DNA of 43,401 bases from Hydrurus foetidus. Lineage: Eukaryota. Positions 1-12,269 of this stretch are shown here, one piece after another. The translations under genes were made by a program, and so were the position numbers. How positions within the stretch are numbered: position 1 is the first letter of the stretch; every line of letters starts with the position of its first letter. The notes beneath the pieces are model-generated. The model saw only the letters and a list, made by a program, of their open reading frames with translations. It searched no databases and was not told the DNA's origin. Location of the stretch: positions 1-43,401 of the forward strand of contig UYFQ01000484.1 of NCBI GenBank assembly GCA_900617105.1, read 5' to 3'.

Positions 1-443
1 AGAAAGCAGGTATGCTGACTTTTCTAACTTAAACTACAGTTCTCTGAGCTCAAAGCTGCAAGAGAAGTCGGCCGTGGCGGACAAATGATAGCTCAGAAGT
101 CTTATCTAAAAGTTTAGGACGAGTAGATGGACTGAGAAGTAGTAGAAGAGAGGTTGGACGAATAGCGCTATTGTAGTCCGGATGGAGAAGAGATCGAAAG
201 ACGAGTAGGTGGTAGTTAGTTACGACTATGCTAGAAGCTAGGTTAACTTCTACGAGTAGGCTGCAGCTAGCTAGCTAGCTAGTCGTGGTAGGGCTGTATA
301 TGTACTGTAGGCGGAAGGATCAGGTGGATCGTGACAAGGTACGATACGGCCCGTAGGCCTGGTGTACAGTAGGCGGTAGGATCGGATGGATCGGGACTAG
401 GTCCGGTACGGCCCGTAGGCCCGGTATAGCCGGTCCGACCACA
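1..443 (-). repeat. 3' LTR of the Gypsy element (cut by window edge)
   Basis: Homologous to 6397-6775. Starts TGTGGTCGG on minus. Contains a diverged ~60-bp internal tandem duplication (about 301-425). Confidence 0.9.
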
Positions 444-466
444 TCACCCCCACTTATCTTTTTCCT
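444..466 (-). other. Polypurine tract of the Gypsy element
   Basis: Minus strand reads AGGAAAAAGATAAGTGGGGGTGA directly before the TG of the 3' LTR. Confidence 0.8.
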
Positions 467-788
467 GAAGAAAAAGAACCTATGACGCGACCACCACATT
501 TTGTACAAAAATCTAATACAACTAAAACTAACTAAACGAAGAATAAAGAAAAAGATTACAAATATGTAAATCTCATAATACATTGAAATGTATAAAAAAT
601 AAAAATCTATACAAATAGACTGGGTGGTGGGTCGGTCAAGGTGATAAGGTGGGTGCCTAGTACCATGTACTTGCACACGAGACCTCGATACGTAATTATG
701 TCAGATTTTTACTGACTAAAACCATAAAACCTCATAGAGGGAAAATTAGGAAAAATCTTCAAAAGATAATACGTTCGAGATCAGCAAC

Positions 789-2048
789 TTAGGCTGATGT
801 CTCAATGTTTTTGGGAATGAAATGTTTCATTTTATTATCCCGTAAATAATCATGGAGTGCTTCACAGAGCCGTAGTGATTTCCACGGCTCCCATGTATTA
901 TGAGAGTCATCGTAGTTGAGCCATTTAACATGGAACGACATTGTAGTCGGTTTCTTGGTGTCACCAGCGTGACCCAGAACTTTCTCAACCACGAACTCCA
1001 TGTAATCGCGACGAGCAGTGTCAGCAGGTATATCTACCTCTGGGTCATAATTAAATATTTTCAAATATTTGACGTGAACACTTCGTTTCTTGTGATTTAC
1101 AAGATTTGCGAGAACATACTCGGACCCCTTAAAGGAGAGAGTACAGTAAGGGCCATGCCACTTAGTATGTAATCGAGTTGGAGGTCGATCAGTGTATCGG
1201 CATAAGACATATGACCCCACGGGGAACACAGTCGCTGATTCCGCTGATGCTGCGTTTTTAGCATCCGCTTTTAACAAAGCTTGAACCGCAGTTTCAAGTA
1301 CTTTGTCTTGTACACTTATCAAATCTGATATGTACGTTGATCTTGAATGTGTTCCTACACTTAAGTGTGGAGTGAGAATACCACGATTCAAATCAAGCTT
1401 GTTTCCGAACAGTAAATGTGCGGGCGCAACTTTAGTGCGTCTATTAACTGAACTGTTAATGATACATTGCACGAATGGGATTGACTTCGCATATCCCTCA
1501 AGGGTCTGTTTATCAAAAACTAAACCTCTTAGGTGTCTATTCACCTCTTTGTTGACTCTCTTAACAATTGCATTCTCTTGTTTCGAGTAAGCAAGGGTGA
1601 GATTATGTGGTGTCCCACAGAGATCTAAGAACTCTTTGATCAATTCATTTGCGAAATGTGATCCTCGATCAGATCTAATCATATTTGGTGATCCAAATCG
1701 ACCAAAATGCGCTAGCAAACAGTCAGCTGCTGATTTAGCATCTGTGTCTGCACACCAGAACAATTCTGTCCATCGTGTGAATGTATCGATGATGACTAGG
1801 ATATAACCTTTGTCAGGAAATGGACCAATATAGTCAACATTTAGCGTATCGAAGATAGCATAATTTGAAGTTGCAAAATGAGACGCATTGATCTTAGGAT
1901 CTTTTGCACTCAACTTTTGACAACACGGACAGTTCTGTATGAACGTACGTACATGTTGTTTCATGTGTTTCCAAACTTGTTGTAAACTAAACAACCGAGT
2001 AAGGGTACGGTCTACGCCGTTGTGACCGACAATTGCATTGTGGCACAT
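789..2048 (-). pseudogene. Gypsy integrase plus C-terminal chromodomain (pol fragment)
   Basis: HHCC finger (H..H..CPCC), catalytic core VDYIGP / SDRGSHF, GPY motif, chromodomain VEKVLGH..FHVKWLNY..NTWEP. Out of frame with the RNase H part. Confidence 0.92.
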
Positions 2049-2092
2049 TTGAATGTATTCTAACTGATCGTCTGAAGCCGGTTCTATGACCG

Positions 2093-2910
2093 TCAGAGCT
2101 GATACAGTGAATGAAATGATGAAGTTGGAAGTAATTCCAATTCTTCTGTTCGTAACGGCAGAGCAATTTCTGTCAGATTAGGACATAGCCTTGACAGTGC
2201 GTCTGCCAAAACATTTGAAGTACCGGGTACGAATACCACGGTAAAATCTAGTTCTCGCATAGCAATTAACCATCTCGCTACCATTGAGGTAGGATTTTGT
2301 TTCATATATGTTATGTTCAAGTGATCCGTATGGATAGTGAACGTACGATCTCGAATCAGATAATCGAGTTGTGTACAACAATAGAAAATGGCGTATGCCT
2401 CTATCTGTATCGTAGACCACCTTATTTTTGTGGGTGTCAACGATTTGCTTATAAAAGCAATTGGTTCCCAGATGGCACTAACAACTTGGAATAAGACACC
2501 ACCGATACCAAAGTCGGACACATCTGTATATAACCGGATGTCTAATTTATTGTCATCACTGAAGTACATTAATGGACAACGAGATATAGCAATCTTTGTG
2601 TCGACAAATGCGTTGGTGCTCTTTTGAGTCCAAACTACAGCAGAACGTCTCGATGCAGAGTGATCTATCATATCCTACATTGGCTTAACCAAAGAGTATC
2701 ATATCCTACATTGGCTTAACCAAAGAGGAATGCATGGGTACAAACTGTCGAAAATAGTTTGCTAAACCTAAAAATGACCTGAGAAAGGTTAAATTCTTAG
2801 GTATAGAAAAGTTTCACACTGTTTCTATTTTTTCTTTCGACATGGATAAACCATCTTTGTCAATGACTTTGCCAACATATTCAATACGTGGAAGGCCGAA
2901 ACGGCATTTT
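2093..2910 (-). pseudogene. Gypsy RT C-terminus and RNase H (frameshifted)
   Basis: LYTDVSDFGIGGVL, EAYAI, IHTDH and LADALSR motifs in ORF 2093-2671. The upstream part is broken by frameshifts, including a 31-bp duplication. Confidence 0.9.
2666..2727. repeat. Perfect 31-bp tandem duplication inside pol
   Basis: TATCATATCCTACATTGGCTTAACCAAAGAG occurs twice (2666-2696, 2697-2727) and shifts the frame. Confidence 0.95.
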
Positions 2911-5358
2911 TCAGCTTTGAGTCTTAGACCTTTTCAAGTTCTTAAGAAACTCTGCTTCACCCTTGCCATATACTATACAATCGTCGAGATACATCTCGCA
3001 ACAATGATAGATAAGGCCATAGAGGACCGCCGTTACCATCTGCTCTTGAAAGTAAGAGGGGGCTCGACACGGACCAAAGGGCAGTCTCGTAAACTGAAAA
3101 ACCCCCGCAAAGCATATGAATGCCGTAAAAATGCGGTGTGCGGGGTGTAACGGTGCTTGATGGTAACCAGCGGTTAAATCCATCACACCAAAAATATCCG
3201 GTTTTTTATTACCGATCCTCTCAAAGAGGTGTTTGATATTTGGCAACGGGAATGAGGCCGGCTTAAGACACCTATTAAGTGGCCGGTAATCGATGCAGGT
3301 TCGAAATTTACCGGGTGACTTAGTTACTATTACAGGATGACTGTAATAAGCGGCATCTGATCGCTCTATAACCCCTGATGCAAGCATCTCGTCAAGGTTT
3401 TCTTTGAGAGCAACCTCTTTTGTTGATGACTGGGGACGTACCGGCGTACGGTTTTCGTCCTTTTCCCACAACTCAAGTGGGATGTTAATCTCAAAGGGTT
3501 TAAGTGACGCTGGTTTCTCAGCTAATTGATCACTGAAGATGTCTGAATATTCAGAACAGAGCTCTCGGAGCTTCCTTTGAAAGCTTTCATCTCCTTCAAA
3601 GGTAATCTCGTTGAGGAAATCCTCTGGCCTCTTGGGCAAGTCATCTTGACTAGGTTTCTCCGCCAAGAAAGGGGCAAACGTGCCATCGTCAATCTCGTCA
3701 ACTGAGAGTGCGACACCACTGGGCCATAAAGGCTCAGTGACATAGTCTAAGGTATCAGAGTCCTCAGAAGTGTTTGTAGGGGTGGGAATCTGGTCGCCAC
3801 CTAGGTGCGGTGTATCACCCGTACGTTTTGCGAGAATAGTAGTGACACTATTCAGTCGCTCACAACCTACAACACCACAGGGATCTTGGGTCATGACTCC
3901 CTCGATTTCCATCTGAGTATCGTTACATGTCGACATTGTATGGACACAAGAGACGTTGCTCTTCGAAGAAGATTGACCATGCAATATGCTCTTCTTGTTT
4001 GGATACTCGTTAGATCCGTGTGTTTCTCTCTTTTTAGAGGGTGGTTTACCGCCTGGATATTTCAGCTTGTCGTAGTGAGGTGTTAAAGACTCGACTACGG
4101 CTGTATCAGGTTCGGTACCCAACGCTATCATACGACGCGTATATTTGTGTTGAAACAACGGATCGAGTTTATCCAAAGCTTCTTTTCTTTCGAATTCGCG
4201 TCTGCGAGCATCGCTCTTTCTCTTATTCTCAGCACTTAGCTCAGGAGAAATGCCGAATGCAAACGGAGTTAACGTCCAAAAATCATACTTATTTACCGTT
4301 TCACGGCTAAATAAAATGTCGATGTCGGTTTTCCGATTGACCCTCATGGGTAGGCTGATGCTATGGCATTCACCATCGTAAGAATGAAAAAGGATTTTTA
4401 AATCGCAAATTTCGTTATTTAGGTAACATTGGCCATCGAGACCGCTACAAACAGTTATGGCTTTAAGAGCAGGATAACATAAGTGAGTAGCATTTAATTT
4501 TTCAATCATGTCATATGAAATAAAATTATCCGAATAATTGGCCGTATCCATTACGGCCTTTCCCGCGGCGCGCAGCTCGCTAGCTGGGCCTGTCCTGTCC
4601 TTATCCTGCACAATAACCGTAACGTTAAGGTGGTGAGAAGCGAGGGTGGAAGGGGTATGTAAAAATTCTTCACGAATAGGTACAAGTGGCTGCACTTCGA
4701 GATGATCATCAGTCAGATTAAAGACATCATCATCGAAAGTGGCAGCCACGCAGTCATGGGCAAGGTTCTTACCCTGGTTTTGTCCCGGCTGAGTGTTGGG
4801 AGGAGGGTTGTGTCCCTGCGGGGGGTTGTATTTACCCTTACCGCCGGACCCACGGCCCTGGTATTGGTTCGCATTGGGGTTTTGATTGCCCCTTTGCTTA
4901 CCTCTATCCACCCCCCTGGTTACCCTGGTTACCATAACCAGATTGGTTCTGGGAGTTTCCCCTTGACCCTGGTTGGAACGATCTGAACCATCCGAGGTGT
5001 TGGAGTGGTTCCCAGAACCATGGCTGTTCTTGGCGCGCTTGTTGTCGTTACACATCAAGTAAGGTTTAGAACCTCTGGGGTAGAACTGAACTCGTTCCTC
5101 GTATCCTGGAAGGACGAGGTTGAGTTGCCATTCAGAGTACCCCACCGCGGCCCAAGCCATCCCCACTGTAGAACTCTCCCACTCAACTTGGTGATTCGTG
5201 TTGGAGTCGGAGTAATACAAGATGGGGCAGTCTGCCAACGTGTGCGACGAAGCTCCGCACGACCGGCACGGACGAAACATCGGTACGAGCGGTACTTCCG
5301 TGGAAGCACGGACAGAGAGTCCGTGCTGCGTCGGAACGTACGAGCTAGGGGTACGCAC
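2911..5358 (-). pseudogene. Gypsy gag C-terminus (CCHC), aspartic protease and reverse transcriptase
   Basis: CRSCGASSHTLADC knuckle, AVMDTA protease-like site, RT motifs CIDYRPLN, MDLTAGYHQ, LPFG and YLDD. Confidence 0.92.
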
Positions 5359-6212
5359 TGTCGCAGTGACTGATCTCGACGAAGCGGAGGGTGTAGGTGA
5401 GGGTGCTTTAGCACTCGCTCTACTCGTTTCCTCTTACCAACGTCTGGTGGAACTGCTGATGCAGGAAACGAGTACACCGTCTCCGGGTTGCCATAGCTTT
5501 TGATGAGGTTCATCATTGCCCTAGCCTCGGCAAGAACCTGACCAATGCGTAGCATAGTCGAATACCACGTATGAGGTGGGGTGTTGTCAGCAGCTTTCGC
5601 TTTCAGGTAGTCTTGTTGGATTTGACTACCCTTAGCTAGGCGCTTCTCCAAAATCAATATGAGCTCAGCATGCTGAGTCTCAGATAATGGTCCCTTAGAC
5701 CTCTCATAAGTGCTCACAAGTTCGTTGTAACGTACGAATATGGCATTCTCATGATCGTGGTTAGCGATCTGATAATGGAAGGGAACTTGGCTAAAGCTCT
5801 CTGCGAGAGTACATTCTCCCAGACCATTTGGCGAGAAGTACTTAATTATCAGTTTGGCTACCTGAAGTGCTGACAATTTAGTCTGCCAATCATGGCGTAA
5901 ACGATGATCGATGATGTTAAATTCAGGATCGATCATGATCCTGAAATTAAACAATTCGATTGCCTGCTTCTGCATGCAATCAGTTAGCTTCATCGAGGGG
6001 TACCACTGAGCCTCTTCGTAGAACTCAGTCGCATCAGCTTCATCAATGAAGTTATGCCTGAGAACTTGGAGTTGCATCGTCGAGGGGAAAGCTGGGAACA
6101 GCGAGTTCGACAATGAGATAGACGACTCATTGAGCGCGGCTAAAGCTGCCAAACGTGCAATCTCCTCCTCTTCAGGAGATGGATCAGGGATTGGATTAGG
6201 TGATGATGACAT
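5055..6212 (-). pseudogene. Gypsy gag N-terminal part
   Basis: First long ATG ORF after the 5' LTR. It appears to shift near 5430 into the frame that holds the CCHC knuckle. Confidence 0.75.
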
Positions 6213-6360
6213 GTCTAATCACTTATCGATATAAATCTCACTTAAACTCAGTGGAGATCGACAACCTCTGCTCAGAATTTTTTTTCAAGAGCTTCGCCTT
6301 GTTCACGAACGGGTGCTGTAACGTTAGTAACAACGGATGATAATCAACTTCTACCAAAAA

Positions 6361-6775
6361 TGTCGAGTTTGGAAGAGCCCAAGAACGGGGATTCCAAGAA
6401 AGCAGGTAATCTGATTTTCTCTAACTTAAACTAAGGTGCTCTGAGCCAAAAGCTGCAAGAGAAGTCGGCTTAAAGTCGACGAGCGAAAGCTCAGAAGTCG
6501 TATCTACAGGGTTGGACAAGTAGATGGACTGAGAGGTAGAAGAGAAGAGGTTGGACGAATAGCGCGATTGTAGTCCTGATAAAAGGTAGGTCGATAGAGT
6601 GGAGGTGATAGTTAGTTACAAGTCTAAGCTAGAAGCTAGAGTAAACTTCCACGAGTAGGCTAGAGCTAGCTAGCAGCTGTGCTAGAGATGTATGTGTACA
6701 GTAGGCGGTGGGATCGGATGGATCGGGACTAGGTCCGGTACGGCCTGTAGGCCCGGTGTAGCCGATCCGACCACA
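6361..6775 (-). repeat. 5' LTR of the Gypsy element
   Basis: TG...CA termini. Followed on minus by TTTT and TGGTAGAAG, a PBS-like TGG (tRNA not identified). Confidence 0.88.
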
Positions 6776-7173
6776 CCACTTCAAAATCACCCTGTGTACA
6801 CTCTAAAACAGCTTATAGCGTAAAATTAAATTTGACCTCTCCAATCATCCTGAAATGCCTTCATTACTCCAGGCGCACAATGCCGATGCTAGCCGAGCTA
6901 TAGAGCTCTCTCCAGCTTCGGTGAGCATATGTTTGCGAGCAGATCAGGTGACAAAATTCTGGACGAATCTGATATTGAACTCATTACAACTCGGATTCTA
7001 CTTCTGAAAATTGATCTGATCTTCATATGTACCTTACAATCCAGGATGGAAGCGGTCAAGCGATTGAAGCAGTACCTCAAGACTTGGTCTCGGAGAGCAG
7101 AGTTAGATATTATATATACACGTAAATACGCTTGTATTTTATGAACATCAGCGACGTTAAAAAGTGTTCAAAT

Positions 7174-7632
7174 CAATTGTACATATTTTTACTTGTGTTT
7201 TAATTTTAAATTTTAAATTTAAACTTTAATTTTAATGAAGGATTCTTTACTTTCAAACAACCCAGGCAATCAATCTTTCACAGGAGAATTCTGGGCTATC
7301 AGTTGCGGTGATTTCATATCTCTTTCGAAAATTATCATGATTGCTTTGAGAATGATTTTTATTTCTGAAAAGAAATAGGGGTGCCTATGTAATCAGAAAG
7401 CAAATGAAACACATTGTGAGGAGATTTGTCATCAATTACATGGCAGAAATCATACGCCTCAAAGCCTACGGCAGTTATGGTCGGTTCGTTATGCACAGCA
7501 TACACTAAATTATACGGTATGTCCGGTTGGTTGCGGTCTTTGTACGGAATACGATATTTTACACCTTTTGTGGCAAATAACGAACAATTGGCAGTGAATT
7601 GTGGAGACGGTCACATTTCCTAGTACTCTCAT
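7174..7632 (+). repeat. ~460-bp direct duplication, copy 1
   Basis: Near-identical to 13413-13885 from CAATTGTACATATTT to CCTAGTACTCTCAT. Differences lie mainly in the T-rich start. Confidence 0.95.
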
Positions 7633-9277
7633 TCTATTTCGTTATCGCACTGTGTTCCCTAGAGGGAAGTTATCTGGTTTATCCTTTGCGCTACACTCCG
7701 TATCGTAAGAGTAAAAATCGGTCTATACATATATATCCGCAATTTGTTATCGATATTGTTATCTTAGAGGTGGCGTCGCTCGCGCGCCAGTGGTGACACG
7801 CCCCTCCTCACTCATTTCCATATCCTTCAAAATAGGATTTAAGTTCAGTAGGGGACCGTGGATCAGATTCCACTTCACCCATCCCATACCGAAAGGATCT
7901 GCTCCACCGGTGCTCCCCATGTCCACCCGTCGGTTCCTATAGCGATTTTCTGGTTGCTGGTATCAATCGCTTCACATCAATCAAACTGAGTCTTCTCCCG
8001 CCCGGCAGGCTATTGGAAGCCAGAGGCCCCAGTTCCACTGCGTAGTCGTACGTCTGATTCATTACCTGCGATCCTGCCGATTAATTACCCCGGTCTCTTC
8101 GGTCCTCCTCGGTGGCTCCGGTAGCACGCATGTGCGTGATTGCCCCTTTCCTCAAAGAGTGGGAAGGCCGTTGCTTTCGCATGTTGGCTTCAGCTCGTCC
8201 CGTATGGTCCTGCTCCTGAGAGGTACTTCGGTTCCATCGAGCTTGTGAAAAGAGAACAACTCCTCTTGTCCTGTCGATCCGCTCTTTGCCATGTAGGTGG
8301 CAACATCCTCTAGGAATTGTCCCTCCTCCACCGATCTTCTTGCAATTAGCTTGGGTTTGACTAGGACCTTCCCCTAGGAACTAGTCCCCAACACCCTGCA
8401 CTCGACAATCTGCTTAAGACCTGCATCTGTGTCGACTTTAACCACACCAGCTAAGTCACTGCCTGCCACGTTCTGTGTTGCTCCTGGAACCTCTATAATA
8501 AATGTAAGATCGTCCAGTCTCACACAGTGATCGGAGCCCCCTGGTTCTGCTCGAGTATATTCTGAAACTCTCGCTCCCATTTCAAACCCCCACATGCAAC
8601 CCAGATACTTCATTCTCTTCTGCTTGTCCGTGTCATTCCATAACAATCCATCCCACAGTCTGGACCTCATTTCCGTCAGGATATCTTCACTGACGGGTAG
8701 CTTGATTGTGTGGGTGGGCGCGGTATTTCTCTTCTCCCTCAGCTCTGCTGGTGTCCTCCGACACGATGTTCTTGCCGTCGTGATGACCGAGGATTCAAGG
8801 AACATTGTCAAGAGCCTCATCTTTGCAAACTCCAAACGAATCACGGCAGTGAAAGCTGTTGCAGCCTTACCCCTTGCGTTCCGTTGATACCTCTTCATCA
8901 TCATGAGGCAAACTAGAGAAGCCTTTTCCTCCTCACTCACATCCCTCAGAAATGGGTCGTGAACATTCACCTAGTCCTTGAGATGCTGTGTCCATTCTAA
9001 GAACTCCTTGCTGTATGCCTTCTGAGTGTTTGGCAGGACTGATCCAGCTATGAAATCCGATAGATCCTGCTTGCTCTGTGCTGACAGTGGGTGCGTTCGG
9101 TAAATTTCGCTGAAAAACCTTCATTTTTGAAAAACCTTCATCTGGGATCAAAATGAAACTTTGCCAGAAATGAAAGTTCCAAGTTCCCAAATTTTCTGGT
9201 TCACCGAATGGAATCATAAAAAAAATGAATCTGTTTCATATGGACATGAAAATACCGTTAGAAAATTAATTCAATAA

Positions 9278-10477
9278 ATGCAAATGATCATAAAGCATAC
9301 TTATACGATGGATGCGGATGGCAACTTGAATTTCATGCTACTGATAGCACTGGTTCTAGCTGGCATGTACCGAGCTCGACGCCAGCCACGCCCGCAGCAC
9401 AATTCAGTTCTCACAGGCGACCTATATTATAGGGAGATTATGGCTACTGAGAATGTCAACAGATTCCGAGAAGTTGCTCGAATGGAAAAAGAAACTTTCG
9501 ATTTGCTGAAAGCTAATCTAATTGATGGGGGACTAAGAGATTCTATGTATATTTGCAGTGGACAGAAACTTCTTATTCTGCTGCACGTTCTCCGTGGATA
9601 CACAAACAGAGAAACTGCCGAACGATGGCAACACTCTGGTGCAACTATATCTGAGACAGTTCATGAGGTGAGTGATTGCCTGGACAATATCAAGGATCGC
9701 ATCTTCAAACCTGCTCTAGCTGGTGATCCTATTCCGGCGAAGATATCGAATAATGCGAATTTTACGCCCTATTTCGACAACTGTATTGGTGCGATTGACG
9801 GAACACATATACCCGCAGTGATACCTGTGCATCTGCAAGGCCCATATTACAATAGGAAGAAATTTCATTCTCAAAATGTTTTAGGTGTGGCCAATTTTGA
9901 TCTTACGTTTGCCTACGTTTTGACTGGATGGGAGGGTTCTGCTCACGATAGTAGAGTATACGCCGATGCAAGAACGAAAGGTCTACCTTTGCTAGCTAAT
10001 AAATTCTACTTAGGGGACGGTGGCTATGGGCTTAGTAAGTACATGTTGACACCGTATCGAGGTGTTCGTTATCATTTGGTGGAGTATGCGGCTAATGGAA
10101 TAGGTCCCGCAAATTATAAGGAACTATTTAATCTACGACATTCGTCATTACGCAATTGTGTAGAAAGATTGTATGGCATTACGAAAAATAGATTCCCAGT
10201 TTTAAAGAAAATGAGTCCCTATGAATATGAATTTCAATGCGATATCATACAATCATGTTTTCTTATACACAACTTTGTACGCCTTAATCAATTGTATGAG
10301 GATGAATTTTATAATGTTGAAGTAGTTAACAATCCAAACGCTGATGATGATGATGATGATGAGGATGAGGATGAAGGAGGTTTGAATATGCAAGAAGCTA
10401 AGATCTGGCGAAATAATATGGCTTTAGCTATGTGGGCTCAATATCAATTAAATATGGCTCAATTTAATGCACACTAG
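9278..10477 (+). CDS. Harbinger (HARBI1-like, DDE_Tnp_4) transposase
   Basis: Motifs CIGAIDGTHIP, GWEGSAHD, YLGDGGY, LTPYRG and FNLRHSSLRNCVERLYG in an uninterrupted 399-aa ORF. Confidence 0.95.
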   Translation: MQMIIKHTYTMDADGNLNFMLLIALVLAGMYRARRQPRPQHNSVLTGDLYYREIMATENVNRFREVARMEKETFDLLKANLIDGGLRDSMYICSGQKLLILLHVLRGYTNRETAERWQHSGATISETVHEVSDCLDNIKDRIFKPALAGDPIPAKISNNANFTPYFDNCIGAIDGTHIPAVIPVHLQGPYYNRKKFHSQNVLGVANFDLTFAYVLTGWEGSAHDSRVYADARTKGLPLLANKFYLGDGGYGLSKYMLTPYRGVRYHLVEYAANGIGPANYKELFNLRHSSLRNCVERLYGITKNRFPVLKKMSPYEYEFQCDIIQSCFLIHNFVRLNQLYEDEFYNVEVVNNPNADDDDDDEDEDEGGLNMQEAKIWRNNMALAMWAQYQLNMAQFNAH

Positions 10478-10762
10478 CACAACCCCAAAGAAAAGTAAAT
10501 ATAAGATTTTTCAAAGGTTCACTTTTGATAGTTACATCCTCTGAGACAGAAATTTGTGGCATATTTAACACTAACGAAGTATAGCGTCATTTACTCACGT
10601 ACTTAACATCACACATTAAAAGTCGGACATTGACGATTTTGGTACAAACACATCACATATTACGAACACATCACACATTGAAAGTCGGACTCGATTTTCA
10701 GACAAACAGTTGAAGAACTCTCGATAGAAGTAACATAAAATAAATAAAACGCAATGATATAT

Positions 10763-11836
10763 TCACTCTTTTAATTTTCTAGCTTGCAAAAAAATATCTC
10801 GTTGAGCATCATTGAAAGAAAAAAATTGGTCTACCATGCAAGGATTCTCAGAAAAGAGAGCAATGAATCCCATCTCTTGATTCGTACTGAGGCCGAACAT
10901 AAATCGCTCTTGAAAAATCTGTATAACCTTGTCATACTTGGTCATGCGGCTGCCGAATTTCTCCTGGGACTGAATGATTTCGCGGATGAGTTCCGGAATA
11001 GGGTCCGCAGGCCGGGCACGAACTCTACGTACGTACGGTCGCACACCAGGCTGTACAGTGGATGCTGTCGTCAAAGACACTGGCGGAGGCACGGAAAGAG
11101 GAGGCGCAGGAGTAGACGCCACTGCTGTTGCAGATTCTGTATTGGGAGGGGCGGCTACTACGATGGGAGATGTGGGTATTGCAGCTGAAGAGCCAGATAC
11201 TGCGATCAAGGATATCACGCAATCCATTGCTTCATCATTGATTTGGGTCCGCTTCACTCCAATTGAAGATTTGGTGTAGGAACCAGTTGCGAGGTCACCT
11301 GATAAGACAATATCTCTCATGAGTAATAGTCAACCTTTAAGAATAGTCGCTGAATACTTACGTCCAAAGAGTGAGAGGAGTTCATCATAGAATAGAAGCG
11401 GGCCGTTCGCAAACTGGATAGACCCTAAGTTCGCGGCGTAATATGCATTCAAAGCGCTAGGAGAAGCTACCACCACGCCCTTTGAATCCACGCCAAATCC
11501 GCTTTGATTCGCATAGTGGTGATAAATTGACAGTTGTTTCTTGAGCGCTGTACACTGCGTCGTCAGCATTTTTCTCGTATACCGTAATCCTTAAATGATA
11601 AATCGAAAGACCTCCAGTGTTATGCGGCTGAAAACGTTTTTGATGAGGGGGGAATTCAGCATTTAGGAAGTCAGACCTGTTCTACTGTTGAACGTTTCTA
11701 GGATCGATGTCCATTTCTCCCTCTTGTTCGACAGATTGCCGAAACACCCTCCCGAGAAAGCGGAAAGGACATCAATTAAGACCTTCCTGTTGACGTCAGT
11801 CCAAGATGCTACAAGGCCTGTTTTGACAAGTGACAT
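10763..11836 (-). CDS. Myb/SANT-like DNA-binding partner protein of the Harbinger element (3 exons)
   Basis: Exons 11836-11677, 11589-11362 and 11298-10763 join in phase through GT-AG introns. Reads ASWTD..KW..F..L..SGFG..FYDELLSLFGRDLATG. Confidence 0.85.
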
Positions 11837-12269
11837 TCGATGAGAGTTGATCCAACGAGTTGCTCAATGAAAAGTTGTGGCATCAGAAGCTGTTAGGAGT
11901 AGGGAGATCGCGCTGCTTACCTCAAGAGAGTTTGAAATCTCACGTCATTCCGTTCGGTAGAAGATTCTCGATGACAAATGAAACTTCATCGCCTCAAAAG
12001 GAACAAATACTCGTTCCTCCTAGGATCACTAGTTTCCTCCAGATGTGATGATGAAGGTTTGTTACCGAACGTGCTTTCCCAAAATATGAAGGTCTTTATT
12101 GGTAATTCCAGAATACCTCGAAATATGAAGGTTTCACGGTTTACCGAACGCACCCAGTATTCCTTCATCACCCATCAGATTTGATTTATGTCAGTGGGAG
12201 GGAGGCGTGGAGGAGGAATAGAGGGATAGTACGACTGCGATGAGATGACTCACTCCCTTTACTAAAGGT

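Larger units (their letters stand above)
1..6775 (-). mobile_element. Ty3/Gypsy LTR retrotransposon with chromodomain integrase, degenerate
   Basis: Two homologous LTRs (<1-443 and 6361-6775). Domain order on minus is gag-PR-RT-RH-IN-chromo. A purine tract abuts the 3' LTR. The left end runs off the window, so no TSD can be checked. Confidence 0.95.
9089..12155 (+). mobile_element. PIF/Harbinger-superfamily DNA transposon, apparently complete
   Basis: Perfect 16-bp TIRs GGGTGCGTTCGGTAAA (9089-9104, 12140-12155), 3-bp TSD AGT, and convergent transposase and Myb/SANT-like genes. Confidence 0.95.
7937..12175 (-). pseudogene. Tyrosine recombinase, split by the 9089-12155 insertion
   Basis: Removing the insertion and one AGT gives MGDEGILSAQSKQDLSDFIAGSVLPNTQKAY. 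Catalytic boxes GARVSEY and HSLRKGAIT..TYDY are present, with internal stop codons. Confidence 0.88.

Noticed and set aside
6348..6542. Self-priming for the Gypsy element (GGTAGAAG matches its LTR)
   Set aside because: Only an 8-nt match, not retained in the other LTR, and a TGG tRNA-type start is present.
6776..7632. Possible spliced host gene fragments
   Set aside because: Short open segments with no recognisable motif; I could not build a consistent model.
7937..8970. Phage integrase or prophage
   Set aside because: The recombinase is linked to DIRS-type RT/RNase H and no phage genes are present.
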